DNA of 64,000 bases, taken from contig CP145416.1 in the NCBI GenBank assembly GCA_036867785.1, positions 496,001-560,000 of the forward strand, read 5' to 3'. The number at the start of each line of letters is the position of its first letter. Positions within the stretch are counted from its first letter, which is position 1. Position numbers and translations under genes: made by a program. The notes beneath the pieces are model-generated. The model was not told where the DNA came from. It did not search any database and was given only the letters and a program-made list of their open reading frames with translations. This document shows positions 1 to 13,200 of the stretch, piece after piece. The stretch comes from Plasmodiophora brassicae. Its lineage: Eukaryota.

Positions 1-817
1 CCGGCTCATCATCAGCGGTCAGCTCACTGACTACGGTCGTGTTGTTGTTACCGCCAACGTCCCGTCCGACAAGCTCATGTTCGTCTGCGAGAACTCACCG
101 AACGCATCTGGTGTCGGGATGGATGTCGACTCGCGCGACTGAGCCTTTTATCCAAATCAGTGCGAAGTAAATTTAATGGCCGGACTATACATATAAAACC
201 GTGTGAATGTGTTGGTCGAGAAAGATGGCCCAGCTGGGCTCGTTTGGCCGGATCGCTGAATCGGAAACCAACAAGTCTATTTCGGACGAGGCGCCGTCGT
301 TCCTGCGGCAGAATGTCGCGCAGGCCTGTGCAGACTGCAGAGGCGGATCGCATGGTTGCGATCGCAAACGCTCATTGCTCATACGTAGGTGAAAACCGAA
401 GGGCAAATCCCTGGTTCTGGACATAAGATGAGGCCCACACCAGTTTGCGGACGCCCAGATCGTAACGTCCAGCGATGCCGCGGCGACCTTCGAAGACGAC
501 AAGAGATTGGCACATTCTTCACGGAGCACCAGTGCAATCTGGTGTGTATGCAAAGCTCGACACGTCGCCAGCAAGCGGTCGGAGTAATTGATCAGGCCAT
601 TGCCTGCCGAAGAGCACGCCCTGCATTGGATGGACCGAGGCGCTCAGGTGGTCATTGGTCAGCAATCGGTTCCCGCTGACCGACCAGCTCTATTTGTGTG
701 TCGCAAGGCAATACAGGAGCCCGAGGCCATGGCCAGGTAGGGTGCCGCATCCTGCAAGTAGATGAGGATGCAGCAGCGTGTCCAATTGCTCGCCAACCTG
801 GTCGGCCCCAGGGCTAT

Positions 818-3270
818 TTATTGGTTGGGGTCACTGGGCGGGTGCTTCCGGATCGGCTGGAACTTGATGACGGGGAAGTTCGCCGCCCGAGGGCCCAGAT
901 TCAGCTGGGGGATGAACCCTTTGAGGACCTTCTTGGCGGCCACACCCCCCTTCTTCAGCTCGGACATGATCAGTTCGACCCTGTTCTGTCGTTGGCTCTC
1001 ATTGAGGCCCTCGAGCTGGGCGGCGGCCCGTTCGTCCTGGGCGACAAGCACCTCGGCCTGCTTCGACTCCTCGATGTACGTCTTCAGGTTCGCGATTACG
1101 GCCGGCATGAACGTCTGGAACGACAGGCGGTGGTCGCGTGCCACGTACCCGTCCTGGAATAGGCGCTTCTCCATGGCGGGCAGTACCCATTTCAACGCCA
1201 TGGCTACCATGGAACTCAGCACGCCCGACGACGCCAGCTCCATATCTCTCACACGGGGGTCGCCCCTGAACGAAATGTCGACCCAAGCGTCATCGGTGTC
1301 GTTCGACGTGAACGACAGCAGTACGTCCCTAGGAGGGGGGACATCGGGATCAGTGACCCATTGCAGGACAGGCCAGCGCGCACGACAACGCACGTGAATT
1401 CCACACGGGCCGTCTTCGCGGCGATGTCGAACGATGTCGCCTTGTCCACCGTCATGGAGAAGAACGTGTCAGGGGCACCTGGTCGGATCGTGTCGGGCGC
1501 CAAGCGGTAGGACGCGTCGACGAGGAACATGTCGCGGTCGGTGTCGCCCTGGTCGGAGATGGCCACATGGACCCGCTCCTGACCGCCGATCTCGACATGG
1601 TTGATGCGAGCGCCAACGGCCGACAGGTCGAGGCCCATGATGATCGGCTCGATGACTCGCTGTGCAACGTTAGAACCGTAGGGCGCGCCCACGAGCACGA
1701 CCCGACCTGGTTCACACCGAAGCGCTGCGCCAGGTGCCCGAGTAGGCGCTTCCAGCGCTGCGTCAGCTCCTGCAGCGCGTCGATCGTGAAGCCTTGAGCG
1801 TCCAGCATCGCCATGGGCCGTGTCGGCGACAGGCGCCCTATCACGCGTCGTCCGACGTACTTCCAGTTCGTGGATCCCCGCGACAGGATCCCTCGGCGCT
1901 TCTTGGCGTCTCCAGGTTCGCCAGGTACTGCTCCAGCGTCAGCGCAGGCGGCGGCGGCCTGGACCTGAACCCTGTGGCATCGTTAGGGGACGGGCACGGG
2001 TTGCATGTCGGAAGCGCGACGTTACCCAGGCCACGGGCGATCGACTTCATCTTTCTCAGGAACGTGGTGAACGCGCCGACGACCCTGCCGACGAGCAGCA
2101 GGAACCCGCGGCGCACGCCGTTGAAGAACGATTTGACCAGGTCGATCAGGCTGGAGACGAACGCGCGCAGGTTCTTCAGCAGCGGCTTCAGCAAGACGCC
2201 CTCGGCGATCTTCTGCTTCCACGTCGTCCTCGCTGCTGTCGGTGCCGCCGCGTCCGGCTTCTTGTCGCGTTTCGCCCGCCCGGGGAGCCGTTTCCTGAGC
2301 AACGATCCGACTTTGGCAAACACGTTCCTTGTCCCGCCGCTTGACAGGACGTCAGAGCCGTCGGCGTTGGCGACCGGGTCGACGAACTCCTGGTTTGGAC
2401 CGGGCGCCCGTCCCGGCGCGGGTGGAGCGCTGACAACGACGGACGCCTCGCCGTCTTCGTCGTCGCCGGTGGCCAGCGTGTCCAGAGCGGCCATGCTGCC
2501 GTCGCCGGCAACGTCGACCAGGCCGGCGTCCATGTCGAAGTCGAAGTTACGCAGGTTGCTGACGAGCACCTGCATCGGCAACGTGTAGTCGGACGGGAGG
2601 AACAGGCGCAGGCGCGCGTCGACCCTCATGGCCCCGACGCTGAACGCCACCGGCCGGAACGACCTGCCGAGGTCCGCCTTCAGCTCCACTTCCATGTCGG
2701 TCAGGTTCGCCTGTGAACGAGAGGGCAACGGTTACACCGCCCCGCTACGAACGCTGACGTCGTCGCCGCCCTTACGGTGACATCGATGGTGTACCAGTGG
2801 CCCGCATGCGAGCTCGCATTGCCTGGCACCGAGTACCCGCCTTCGTCGGCGACGAGGACGACGAAGGGCTGGACGCGGTGCGTGCTGAAGACGGAACGCT
2901 CGCCCAGGTGCAGGTGCACGCCTGCGAAGTACGTGTGTGAGCGAGCGGCCGGCGGGAGGGGGAGGATTCCCCCCATACCGGATGACGTCGAGGCGGCCAT
3001 TGTCGTGAAGATGGTGTTGACCGTGTCGATGATGTGCCTCGTCATGTACGGGGAGGACAGCAGGGCGAACAGAGCGCCGGCGGCACGTGTGAACCCGGCC
3101 GCCTGACCGCGTATGGCGACCTCGTCAGGTTCGCCCACGATACGGGTGACCGTCCCGCCTGGCAGCGTCGACGACGGCTGCGCCGACCACCATGACGACC
3201 ACGACGCCGAGCATGCGTGCAACGACGCGACCAGGACGATCAGCAGCAGGGCGGCGTCGTTCTTCATCAT
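818..3270 (-). CDS. Multi-exon hypothetical secreted protein (~700 aa) with signal peptide
   Basis: Five overlapping minus-strand ORFs join through GT-AG introns (~2775-2712 gtaagg..cacag; ~1860-1793, acceptor less certain; ~1708-1661; ~1393-1329). N-terminus MMKNDAALLLIVLVASLHACSA is a typical signal peptide. No family recognised. Confidence 0.65.
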
Positions 3271-3709
3271 CTGGAACACGGATTGAATTTGAACAGCACG
3301 AACGACGATAACCGATGCCATTCCGGACCTCACAACGGGCGTGAGTCACGAGTCCCCGTCAACAGCGAGTAATCTGTGTACGGCCATCATGGGTCAAGGC
3401 CTATCCCGTTGGAAGCGCCGGCCTACGACCTGTATATGACGTCGCGCGCTAATGTTTGCGTGGCACGTACGACGCACAACCGTCATCCAGAATCACTTCG
3501 TTGATGCCGGTAGCGACAAAGATCGAATCCTCGCCTTAAGGCATCCTATTGCGACGAAGTGCTCCCGCTATCGTGCATAGAAGAAGACGCTGCTCGGGAT
3601 TGAGTTCGGGTGGCCGACCACCAGCACCTCGAATCTCACCCGTACTGCGGGCATCGAGCTCACTCACTGGACACACATGCGAGCATAACTCCTCGAGTTC
3701 GCTAGGCCG

Positions 3710-4288
3710 TCATGGAAGATATGCAACCTCGCGAGCGCCAATGTCGGGATCTTGGCCAGTTGGGATGTTTGATGGTGACGACAGCATGTGGGGAGTGCGC
3801 TTGAAGTCGTTCCTGAACCTGACGTTGATCGCTTCGTGCGTGGGCTTGTTGTTCAGTCTGCGGATCACATCCCTGAACGCCGCTGTCGTCGGGGCCGTGT
3901 TGAACGGGATCGATAACGTCACAACTTTTTCGCGAATCCCTGGTTCCAGGTACTGGTCCCGTGCTCGCGGGTTGACTGACATCGTGATGCTGTCCACGAA
4001 GGCAACGCTGAAGCTGTGGGCCAGGAGGCGGTTGAGGGAGATTACGATCATGGTTAATGCGATCTCCGAACCATGTGTTCGTCCTTATCAAGCGAATGCA
4101 TTCTTTACGAATGTAAACGGAGATGCAGGCCGCGTCGTCGAAGGAACATTCCAGTTGGGCTTCAGTGGTACGTTTGGAAGGCGGCTCGACGGCGTAGTTT
4201 GTACACAGTCAGAGCGATCAAGGACGTCAAGTGGTTCATACGAGTAGGTGAAGGTTGACCGAGATATCCCGTCATTGTAATTGCTCAT
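3710..4288 (-). CDS. Possible hypothetical gene (partial exon structure)
   Basis: Two protein-like minus ORFs (4088-4288, 3710-4051) separated by an intron-sized gap; start and end not resolved. Confidence 0.3.
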
Positions 4289-4582
4289 TAAGGTTGCCGT
4301 GCGTTACAGGGTATACCGCCGAATACGTAGACGGCATACAAATGGCCTATTTGAAGCATCTGACGGCACGTTGGTCAACACCATTCATGGAGATGTTCCA
4401 ACAGTAGACTGCTGCATTGTAGCCCGCCGTCTGTTTGGTGGTACACTGCGTTTCCATAACTTGGTTGTGATGTCCATGAGGGACGGCTACCAGGAACTCG
4501 GCTATCTGGTCGGAGTGGATCTCAAAATCTCGATTTCCCTTCGGGCCTTTCTAAACTGCGCCCGCCGCATCGTCCCGTCGCA

Positions 4583-5977
4583 ATGCTGCTGGCACTGCTG
4601 CTGCGGCGACGCGGGCGCCCATGCTGCCGCCTGTTCAGCGCGAATACGCCCGTCGGCGTCAGCATGATGAAGAAGCGGAAGCAGAACGCGGCGCTCGTCA
4701 TCGGGTACATTGGCGATGACTTCAGAGGTGCCGCTAGACGGATTTGGCGACCGTCGCCTGGTGCTGACGAGCGTGTTAGGGTTGCAGAAACAGCCTGGGA
4801 CCGATGTGAAGACGGTGGAGGACGAGGTCGAGCGCGCGTTGTATGACGTCGGGTGCATTCGCGACTCAAACTTCGGTCATCTGGACAAGATCGGATGGTC
4901 GCGATCGAGTCGGACGGATGCGGGCGTCCACTCGACCGGGACGGTCTGCTCTGCGAAATTACTGTTGCACGACGGCGAAATCGCCCACCTGCCGGCTCGC
5001 CTGAACGAACGTCTGCCGGAGACCGTGCGTGTGCTGGCGGCCGAGCTGGTGCCCAAGAGCTGGCGCGCCCGGCTGATCTGCTCGCGTCGCACGTACGAGT
5101 ACCTGATCCCTGCCGACTGCAGTTTCAAGGACACGCCAGATGTGCAACGTGCATTAGCCGCGTTCGTTGGCCCTGCCAATGTCCACAATTTCAGCAACAC
5201 GCGGGCGAACCGCGCCATGCTGACGGCGCTACCGTTCACGTTGTCGGAGGACGAGGTCGCCAAGCTCGATCCGCAGCAGATGGAGGCTCTGCACTTCCAG
5301 CGGAATTCGTCGCTGAATCGTGAGATCCTCAGTCTTTCGATGGACGAGGTCACCATCCGGGACAAGCCGTTCTGGCGGCTCCGATTTGTCGGCGCGTCCT
5401 TCGCCTACAATCAGATAAGGTATTCGGCGCCCGCCTCGAATGCCCGTTTCTGCCTTACGTTATTGTTCGGCGTAGACTGATCGTTGGTGCTATTGTCGGT
5501 GTATCAATTGGGATACTTGATGCCGACGCTCTGCCGGCAGCGTATCGTGGCCCGTTCCGGCTGCACGTCCCGCTAGCGCCGCCAGGGCATTTGCTGCTGA
5601 CCTACGAGCACGGGTCGTTCCCCAACTGGCGACAGGGGCTGCAGTACCTGAGCGAGCCGATCGAACAGGTCTGCGACGACTACAAGCGTACCATCTACGA
5701 CTGGGTCGCGTCGACGACAACCCTGGCATCCTTCGAGGCATGGATCGACGAGCAGCGCGCCGACGAGCGCATCAGGTCGCAGGCGTTTCCCAACATCATC
5801 AAACGGTTCGAGGAATGGCGGCCCATCTACAGCGATAAGCAGTCCTGGTCGAAACGACGCCGGCTGACGCTTCTATCGAAATGGCTACCCGACACGCGAG
5901 AACCACCACCGCCACTGATCGCCGAGTGCGACGCCGCGGCGCCCGAATCCGGTCCCTCCGTGGTCGTGTGCGCCTAA
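4583..5977 (+). CDS. PUS1: tRNA pseudouridine synthase, TruA/Pus1 family
   Basis: GYIGDDFRG|LQKQ..TVEDEVE, catalytic SRTDAGVHS motif, RTYEY, HNFS, F.YNQIR. Introns 4728-4779 and ~5420-5475. Alternative ATG at 4664. Confidence 0.9.
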
Positions 5978-6144
5978 CTGAACGAAAACGAACCGTTCCG
6001 TCTGGGGCTGACTGACTAACCACCCTCCACGTCCACATCATTAGTATGTGGCCGCCAGTCGCTGCACTCGGCCGCGTCAGGTGGCGCAACAAATGCGCAG
6101 CGTCGAAAGGTGCGGGGCGCGTGACAGACGACAGTCACGGCACG

Positions 6145-7179
6145 ATGGAAGCTGCAGTGGCCGTGGCGCTGCAGTGCGCTGCCGACGGCGCGCAGGAGGA
6201 GCGCGTCGACGGCGCCGACGTCGCCGCAGTTGCCGACGTAGCGCGCGTCCTGGCGCAGAGCATTCGACGGATGGCGTTGATGGTGCCGGTCGCGCCCGAG
6301 CGGGACGTGGTCAGCGTCGTGAACCGGATCGCCGTCGAAGCCGCCGTCCTGCACGCGTCGTTGGCCAGGTCGATGTCGAGGGCCGGCCCGACGTTGCGCT
6401 CCGTATTGTCGGGGCATGCCAGGTCCGTTGCCGATGGGCTGTCGGGCGCGTTGCGTCACGTGGCGTCCTGCCGCACCAAGCCGGACCTGTCCGTTATCGG
6501 CCGGGCGATTTCCGCCTGTGACGCTGTCGCGTCCGCTCCTGCCGATAATCGCGCCGCCGTCGCCGCTGCGCTTGACGTCCAGGTCGCCTCCATTGCCGAC
6601 GCATTCGATGAGTTATGCATGTCGCTGAGATCGAGCGAAGACGACGTCGGCGAGTTAGCGGACACCTTTGTCAAGGCGACACTTTCTGGCGGCGAGGAAG
6701 ACGTTGCTGATGAGGATACGGTCCCGTGGACATCCGCTGAACGCGCTGTGGCATTACCCGGAGGACGCGCGATCGTCCTCGTGGTGCTTGCCACGGTCCG
6801 GCGTGTCCATCGGTTCCTTCAAGAGGCGCATCGGGAATTCGGCGATGCGGATTCCGTTACATGGCTCGAGTCTGTACTATCTGCGGCCGTTGCGCTTGCG
6901 GCACTCGTCGACGAGTTCGTAGCCGACCTGCTCCCCAGGCAACCGGGTGCCGCAGTGCTCACGAACGAGATCGAATCGATTCGGCAGCAGTTCAGCGACC
7001 TGCACAACCTGCTGATCGAATCGGGCCCTTTCGCTGCTGCCGATGTCCGGGAATCCAAGGGCCTCACCGTCAAGGGTGCCGTCTTCATTCGCAACGCCCT
7101 GCGTAAATTGACGGCCGCCTGTCGGGGCGCGACACAGGCGGTCGATCGGTTGCAGTACACAACCCAGTCGACTTCCTGA
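6145..7179 (+). CDS. Grap2/cyclin-D-interacting (GCIP/CCNDBP1-like) helical protein
   Basis: Intronless ORF. PADNRAAV..IADAFDEL, an acidic linker and LVDEFVADLLP resemble GCIP motifs (PRDNKAA..VKDAHEE; VDDLALSIYPP). Confidence 0.6.
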   Translation: MEAAVAVALQCAADGAQEERVDGADVAAVADVARVLAQSIRRMALMVPVAPERDVVSVVNRIAVEAAVLHASLARSMSRAGPTLRSVLSGHARSVADGLSGALRHVASCRTKPDLSVIGRAISACDAVASAPADNRAAVAAALDVQVASIADAFDELCMSLRSSEDDVGELADTFVKATLSGGEEDVADEDTVPWTSAERAVALPGGRAIVLVVLATVRRVHRFLQEAHREFGDADSVTWLESVLSAAVALAALVDEFVADLLPRQPGAAVLTNEIESIRQQFSDLHNLLIESGPFAAADVRESKGLTVKGAVFIRNALRKLTAACRGATQAVDRLQYTTQSTS

Positions 7180-7235
7180 TGCGTTTATAAGCAACGTTCC
7201 GCTGACGTTCATAGATAGTGGCTTGTTGGGTCTCC

Positions 7236-10200
7236 TCAGATACGGGGCGCAATGTCATCATTAAGCTTGTTGAGGAGAGCGCTGAAAGCGATGAGCACCA
7301 GCGCGCCAGTGATGGCACGCAGCTGGATTTGACTGGATCGGACGCATCGTTCCAGTCTCGACACCCGATCGGATAACTGGCTTGGATCTTTGGGTTCTGC
7401 TGGCACCGTGCCCTGGTTGCCCGCTGACTGCACTGTCGCTACCGTGTCCTTCACAACCTGTTCGTAGGACGGCGGAAGCTTTGGCGCTGATACCGCGCTC
7501 GAGCGTTCGTCAATGGCAGACAGCGCCTGCAGGACTGATCTCAGAGCGGGGCTTTCCAGTTCGGGAGGTCGCACGATACCTCTGCAGTGGGGGCCGCGTT
7601 GGTCAGGCGCTGCTGGTTAATCCGTTCTTCAAGCTGGTGGCAGCGCCTGTCCAGGGCTTCAATTTGGCCGATCAGGCTGGAGTGCATTTCAACATCGAGG
7701 TCGACTCGTTGCGGGTGCCCGATACCCGACAACGAGCAACAGTTGTCCTCGGCAACCTGGGAAGGCAAAGCCCAGAGTCTGATTGCCGACGTCGCGGAAC
7801 ACGCCGACCGCACACGCTGACAACTCAGCGTCATCAAGTTGGCATTGGTTGGTCAACGATGTGCGCTTCGTACCTTGTGTTGGAATGCTTTCGAAGTGGT
7901 TCTTGCCGGTGTTGTCGCTCGTGCCGCTTGGTACCCTTCAGACGACGCTTCGACCTTCGACATCACGTCGCTCGCCTGACCACGCTGAAGATCAGCCATG
8001 TCCTCCGAAGGATACCTCACGTCATAGAGAACCTCAGTGATATTTGACCATTTTCGGGAGTGTCGAGATGACGGTTGAGATGCAGAGCAGACGGGGACAG
8101 GACGGTAGATCTCAGACCACACGTCAGCGGCCTCTTCACTTAGGTCACGTTTCTGCATCGCGTGCTGGTCTAGCGAAGTCGCACGTTCCGCCTTGACCGG
8201 AACGAAACAGGCATCCTGGGTGACGCTGAATCAGCGACGACCTCATCAGCGACAGCTCCATCCACTGACAATGACAGGTTCAGAGGCAACGTGCCCAATA
8301 ATAACGCCGCGCGGGTCGTTGAAGGCCTCTGTCGTCTCCGCGTATTCGTCCTAGATGTCCAGTATCAGCAATTTACCCCTGGTTCACGTCTCATGCGGTA
8401 TACCTTCTCTAAACTCGTGCCCGAACCTGTTATCGACTTGTCGATGTGGTCGTTGACCTTCGCGGAACTCCTAAGGGACGACATCCCCCTTTCTGCCAGG
8501 TTCGTCTTCATGGTTTCGAGGGGAACCTCAGATACGTTTGCGTCCTGATCACACCCAGTGGCTTGGGAGGGTGCCAGTGGCACCGAATGTAGCCCCATCA
8601 TATCGCGAACAGGGTCCGCTAACGCCGCGACCTTCTTCTCCGGCATTGGTGAACGTTCCGTCAGATCGGCGCACTGAGCCATAAGACGAGCGATTTCTTG
8701 TGTGGCTCGAGAGCGCTCCTCATGGAGAATTCGTTGAGCCTCGTACTGGCGCGCATCCACGACCGATCGCTGGCAATGCCACAAACACGTTCATGACAAT
8801 TTGCACCGCCATGAAGAGATACGCCTACCTCGCTCGTTAGTTCGCTGTTCCGGGCCACAACTCTGGCGAGCTCGTCTTTCAAGCGGACGCATTCGGCTTG
8901 TACGACTGCGAGCTCGTCCTTCATGTTCATTCGATAGTCCGCTTCCGCATCCAGACGTGATCTGAGGTCGGCAATCTAACAGGGACCAGTAAAACGAATG
9001 CTTGATTAACGCAGGTTGACAGCACGTACCTCGTCCTTTGTCGCAACGGAGGCATGACGGAACTGGGATTTATATTGCTCGTGGACGTCAGCGAGCTCTT
9101 TCGTTGCCGATAATATACGACCCTCCTACAAAGACACCATCAGGCCTCAGCAGGGAAACGCGCAACAGTCTCTCTCACCAAGATCTGACGCTCAGCATCG
9201 AACTCCTGTCGGGCTTGATCAAATGCGCATTTGACCAATGACATGTCCCGCTGCAGACGCTCGATCAACTCTTTAAGGAGCGCCTCCGTCCGTTTCGACT
9301 CTGTAAGACGCCTGTCGCTTTCATCTCGTATATCGTTATCCGCTCGTTCTCGTTCCGCCCTCTGTGCAACCGAGAATAAGACCATTTAGTACCATTAAGG
9401 AATACGGCAACGAACCTCAATTTCCATGGTGCGTATGGCCGCCAGCAGCGACACGTTCTGGGCTTGTAGAGCGTCGATTTCTTCCAACATGGCCGTCTTC
9501 TGTTTCACCAACTTCTCTTGGAGTTCCACGTCCTGTTACCAATGTCAAACTAGCAGCTCCATGCCTACCATGGCTAGGGCGATGCCTGTTGAAACAGTGC
9601 ACGATCCGATTCCTGTTTGTCCACCGCGCGCCTGGATTCGTACGTGCGCCCAGCCGCATCCAGTTCGTTCTGGAGAGCCTCGATCTGGTCGTACAACGAT
9701 CGCAAGCGTTCCTGCATGGCAAACGCTTGCGTTTCGGCACCTTCGACCTGAAAGAGATTCGCGAGCGTCAGTCCCGGCCTTGCTATTGAATGGTAACCGC
9801 TACTTTGGTTCTGAGTTCGGAGATCACAGCGTTGTTGCTGTTGATGGACCCTCGCAATTGTGCACATTCGCCCTTGGACGTTTCCAGCAGGCCATGTAGA
9901 ACGTTTCGCTCTTGTTCCAGATCCTTGTAATGCTGCGTGCCCATTTCAGCTTCCTGTTAGGGCCACAGCTTGTCAGCCGACGGTAATATACATCACTAAG
10001 GAAGATAGGGAACGAACAGCAAGGGCCTGGTCGCGCGCCGATATACACGTTTCCAGGTCACGTTGTGCTTTCTCAAGCAGGTTCCAGGTCGAATCGCGGG
10101 ATTCTTCGGCCACCCGCTTGGCATGGAGAGCATCATTCATATCTTTCTGCGCCTTTTCCAACAGCGTTTTCGTTGCTTCGTGCTCATGCTCGATGGTCCG

Positions 10201-13200
10201 CTTCGCTTCTAGAGCCGAGTCGACTGCCGACTGAAGCTCCCGAACCTGTTGTCCTTCGGTATCAGTTCAAACGGACTGATAGATTCGGGGTGGTTCTCAC
10301 GTCTTCCTGGTGCGCGCTTCGCTCTAACCTGATGATATCGTTCAGGCCCTCGGTCTCGCACCTCTGTCGGCCAGGAACCTTCCTTCAGCGCATGGGAGAT
10401 TGGAGGGCGAACAAGGACAACTTACGTGTTGGCCGGCATTGGCATCCAGTTCAGTCTGGGCAGATTCAAGTTCGCTTCGGAGGCGATCATTATCGGCCAC
10501 AGTCTCCAACTGTTCCTTCTTGATCGCTTCGACACGATTGTCGCTGCGTTTGCATCGGTCCAGCGCTTCCTGGTAGGACTGCCTGAGTTCGTCGAGTTGC
10601 CCTCGTAGCAGATCGCAGTCAGATACAAGCGCGGCTTCCTGTTGGCAGTAAGGGCGTCGACGTGAGTAACAGCCTGTCCACAATTGGGCCGGAACACATA
10701 CAGAAGCGGTTAGGCTCCCCACTTTCACTACAAGGTCATCGCGATCGCGCTGAAGTTGCGCTAACGATGTCTCAAGGCAATCACGCGTCTGTCGGTGCTC
10801 CCGAAGGTCGGATTCCAAGGCGGCAACCAGCTAGGGCAACCGATCAGGATCGTGTCAGAACAGCAACATCACGATGTGATTGAAACCTGCGCTGATGCTT
10901 CCATCTGTTTCGCCACCTCGTCTCGAAAGGAGCGCTCTTGGGCAGTGAGCGTCGCGATTGTCTCGTTCAGCGCCTGCGCCTGGTGGTCTGATTCCTCTTC
11001 CGACACCTGCGCTCCCATGCGTCATCGCCCATTCTCCCATGCAGATTCACGCCGGGTCTCACCTGTCTGGCTCTTTGCAAGTCATCGAGTTCCCGCGCAA
11101 GGCGATGGCATTCGACCCGCAAGTGCTGGGTTTCGCCTTCGGTGGTGGTGAGCGTCGCGACTCGTCGTTCAGCATCTTCAAGCTACCAACCCCTCGTAAG
11201 CAGGACTCCAGGTACGTCGTTCCAGACAGTTGACCTACTTTGGCTTGGAGGGCGGAGCTGGCGGTGCCGTTGCAGGTGATCGCGTTTCGAAGCCGGTCGC
11301 ATTCGTCCTTGTATGTCTGCACCAGACTCTGCAACGCGTCGTGCTGCTGCTCCAAATCCGAATAACGAGCGGACAGGCGCTCAAGTTTCACTGCAAGGTC
11401 GTTCCTATCGTGCTTTGTTTCGGCAAGTGATCCCTCGAGACGGCCACATGCCTGGCGGGACTCTCGAAGGTCGGATTCCAACGCACTCGTAAGCTAGCAC
11501 ACCGGTCATGGTTGCATCCGAATACCAACATCACGCGGCGATGATACCTTGAATGATGCCTCCATCTGTTTCGCGTGTTCGTCCCGAAGGGAAGCCTCAT
11601 GGCTGACGAGCGCCGCGATCTTCTCGTCCAGGGCCTGCGCGTGTCGACTTGCGTCGCCATCCAGTCCCTGCGCTCAACTGTTTGAACATCACGTCGCTTG
11701 CAAGATCACGCCTGGTCCCACCTGTTTGGCTCTTTGCAACTCGACGAGTTCTCCCGCAAGCCGGCGACATTCGTCCTGCAGGCGCTGGTTCTCGTCTTCG
11801 GTTGCCATCAACGTCGTGATACGCCTTCGAGCGTCATCCAGCTAGTATCCATCGTTAGAGCGGTTCAAGCTGTTGAGGTCGGGAGGCACGACGTTACTTC
11901 GGCTTTGAGGTCGGAACTGGCAATGTCTTTGCTGTCGATCGTACCTCGAAGCCGGTCGCACTCGTTCTTGTAAGAGTGCATGAGACTCTGCACCTCGTCA
12001 TACTTCTGCTCCAAATCCATGTAACGTTGGGCGCCGTCCTTCACCTCCTGGACAGACACGTTCAGTGGCATGCGGTATGATACGGATGATCGGAAAGAAC
12101 TGACAGCAGCGGCCTGGTTGTGAGCCAACCTGCTTAACTCCAGGTCACGTTGCACCTGTTGGAGCTGGTTCTGAATCGAAGCTTGGCCCTGCTCGGCGAT
12201 GTCCTTAGCGTGGAGTGCCTCCTGGGCGTCTCGTTGCGCCTTCTGCAGAAATTCGCGGGTCTCTACGTGCTGCCGCTCCGCTGTCTGGCTTGTTTCCAGC
12301 GCCTTGTGAAGGTCTCGCCGCACCTCCTCCAGACGAGCGTTTGTGGAATCGATTGTCAGCTCAAGCTCGTCAACCTGGAACCATTGTCCTCAGTTCACGC
12401 GACATGGTCGCGATGTGGCGTGCTTACGCCCTCTTGGTGCGCTCTTCGCTCGGAATTGATTACTTCGTTCAAAGCTTCCATATCGTGGACCTGTCAGTCG
12501 GTAAGAACGTGTCAGCTGATAGAAGGCGTAAGGATGGGAACAGGGATCAGCTTACGTGCTTGTCCTTGTTAGCCACCAGGTCACTTCGAGCCGTTAGGAC
12601 CTCGTTTCGAAGGCAACCGTTGTCGGCCATTGCCTCTGCGAGTTCGGTCTTGAGGGCATCGAGGCCCGCGTCACCGAGTTCGCACCGGGCCAGCGTCTGC
12701 TCGTAGGATCTGCTGACATCGTTCAGTTGCCCGCGTAGCAGGTCGCGGTCAAGCACAAGCGCCGCTTCCTGTCGCCAATCCGCTGTCAATCCCGGGGCAA
12801 TACCAATCCGACAACAATCCCGGCGGCATACAGAGGCGGATACGCTCTTGAGCTTCAGCGCCAGATCGTCCCGGTCCCGTTGAAGTTTCGCGACACTTTC
12901 CTCAAGACGGTCGCACGTCTGGCGACACGCCTGAAGCTCCAATGCCGTTGTGTCCATCATCTGCGGGATCGCTCAGCGCGTCACGCCAGGGCTCATCATG
13001 AGGGCAGCATACCTTGGCCGACGATTCGGTCTGCCTGGCCAGGTCGTTTCGCAGGCAACGTTCCTGAACAATCAGCACGGCGATCGTGTCGCTCAGGTCT
13101 TGCACCTGACGAACCGCCTCCACTTCCGCGGCCTGTCTCCATCTGTATGACCATCACGTCGAAAGCAATATCAAGCGCACGGTACCTGCTTAGCACACTG

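Noticed and set aside
1-700. Short ORFs at the window start
   Set aside because: No recognisable motifs or consistent splice model.
1249-2775. Frameshifted pseudogene
   Set aside because: The frame changes coincide with canonical or plausible short introns.
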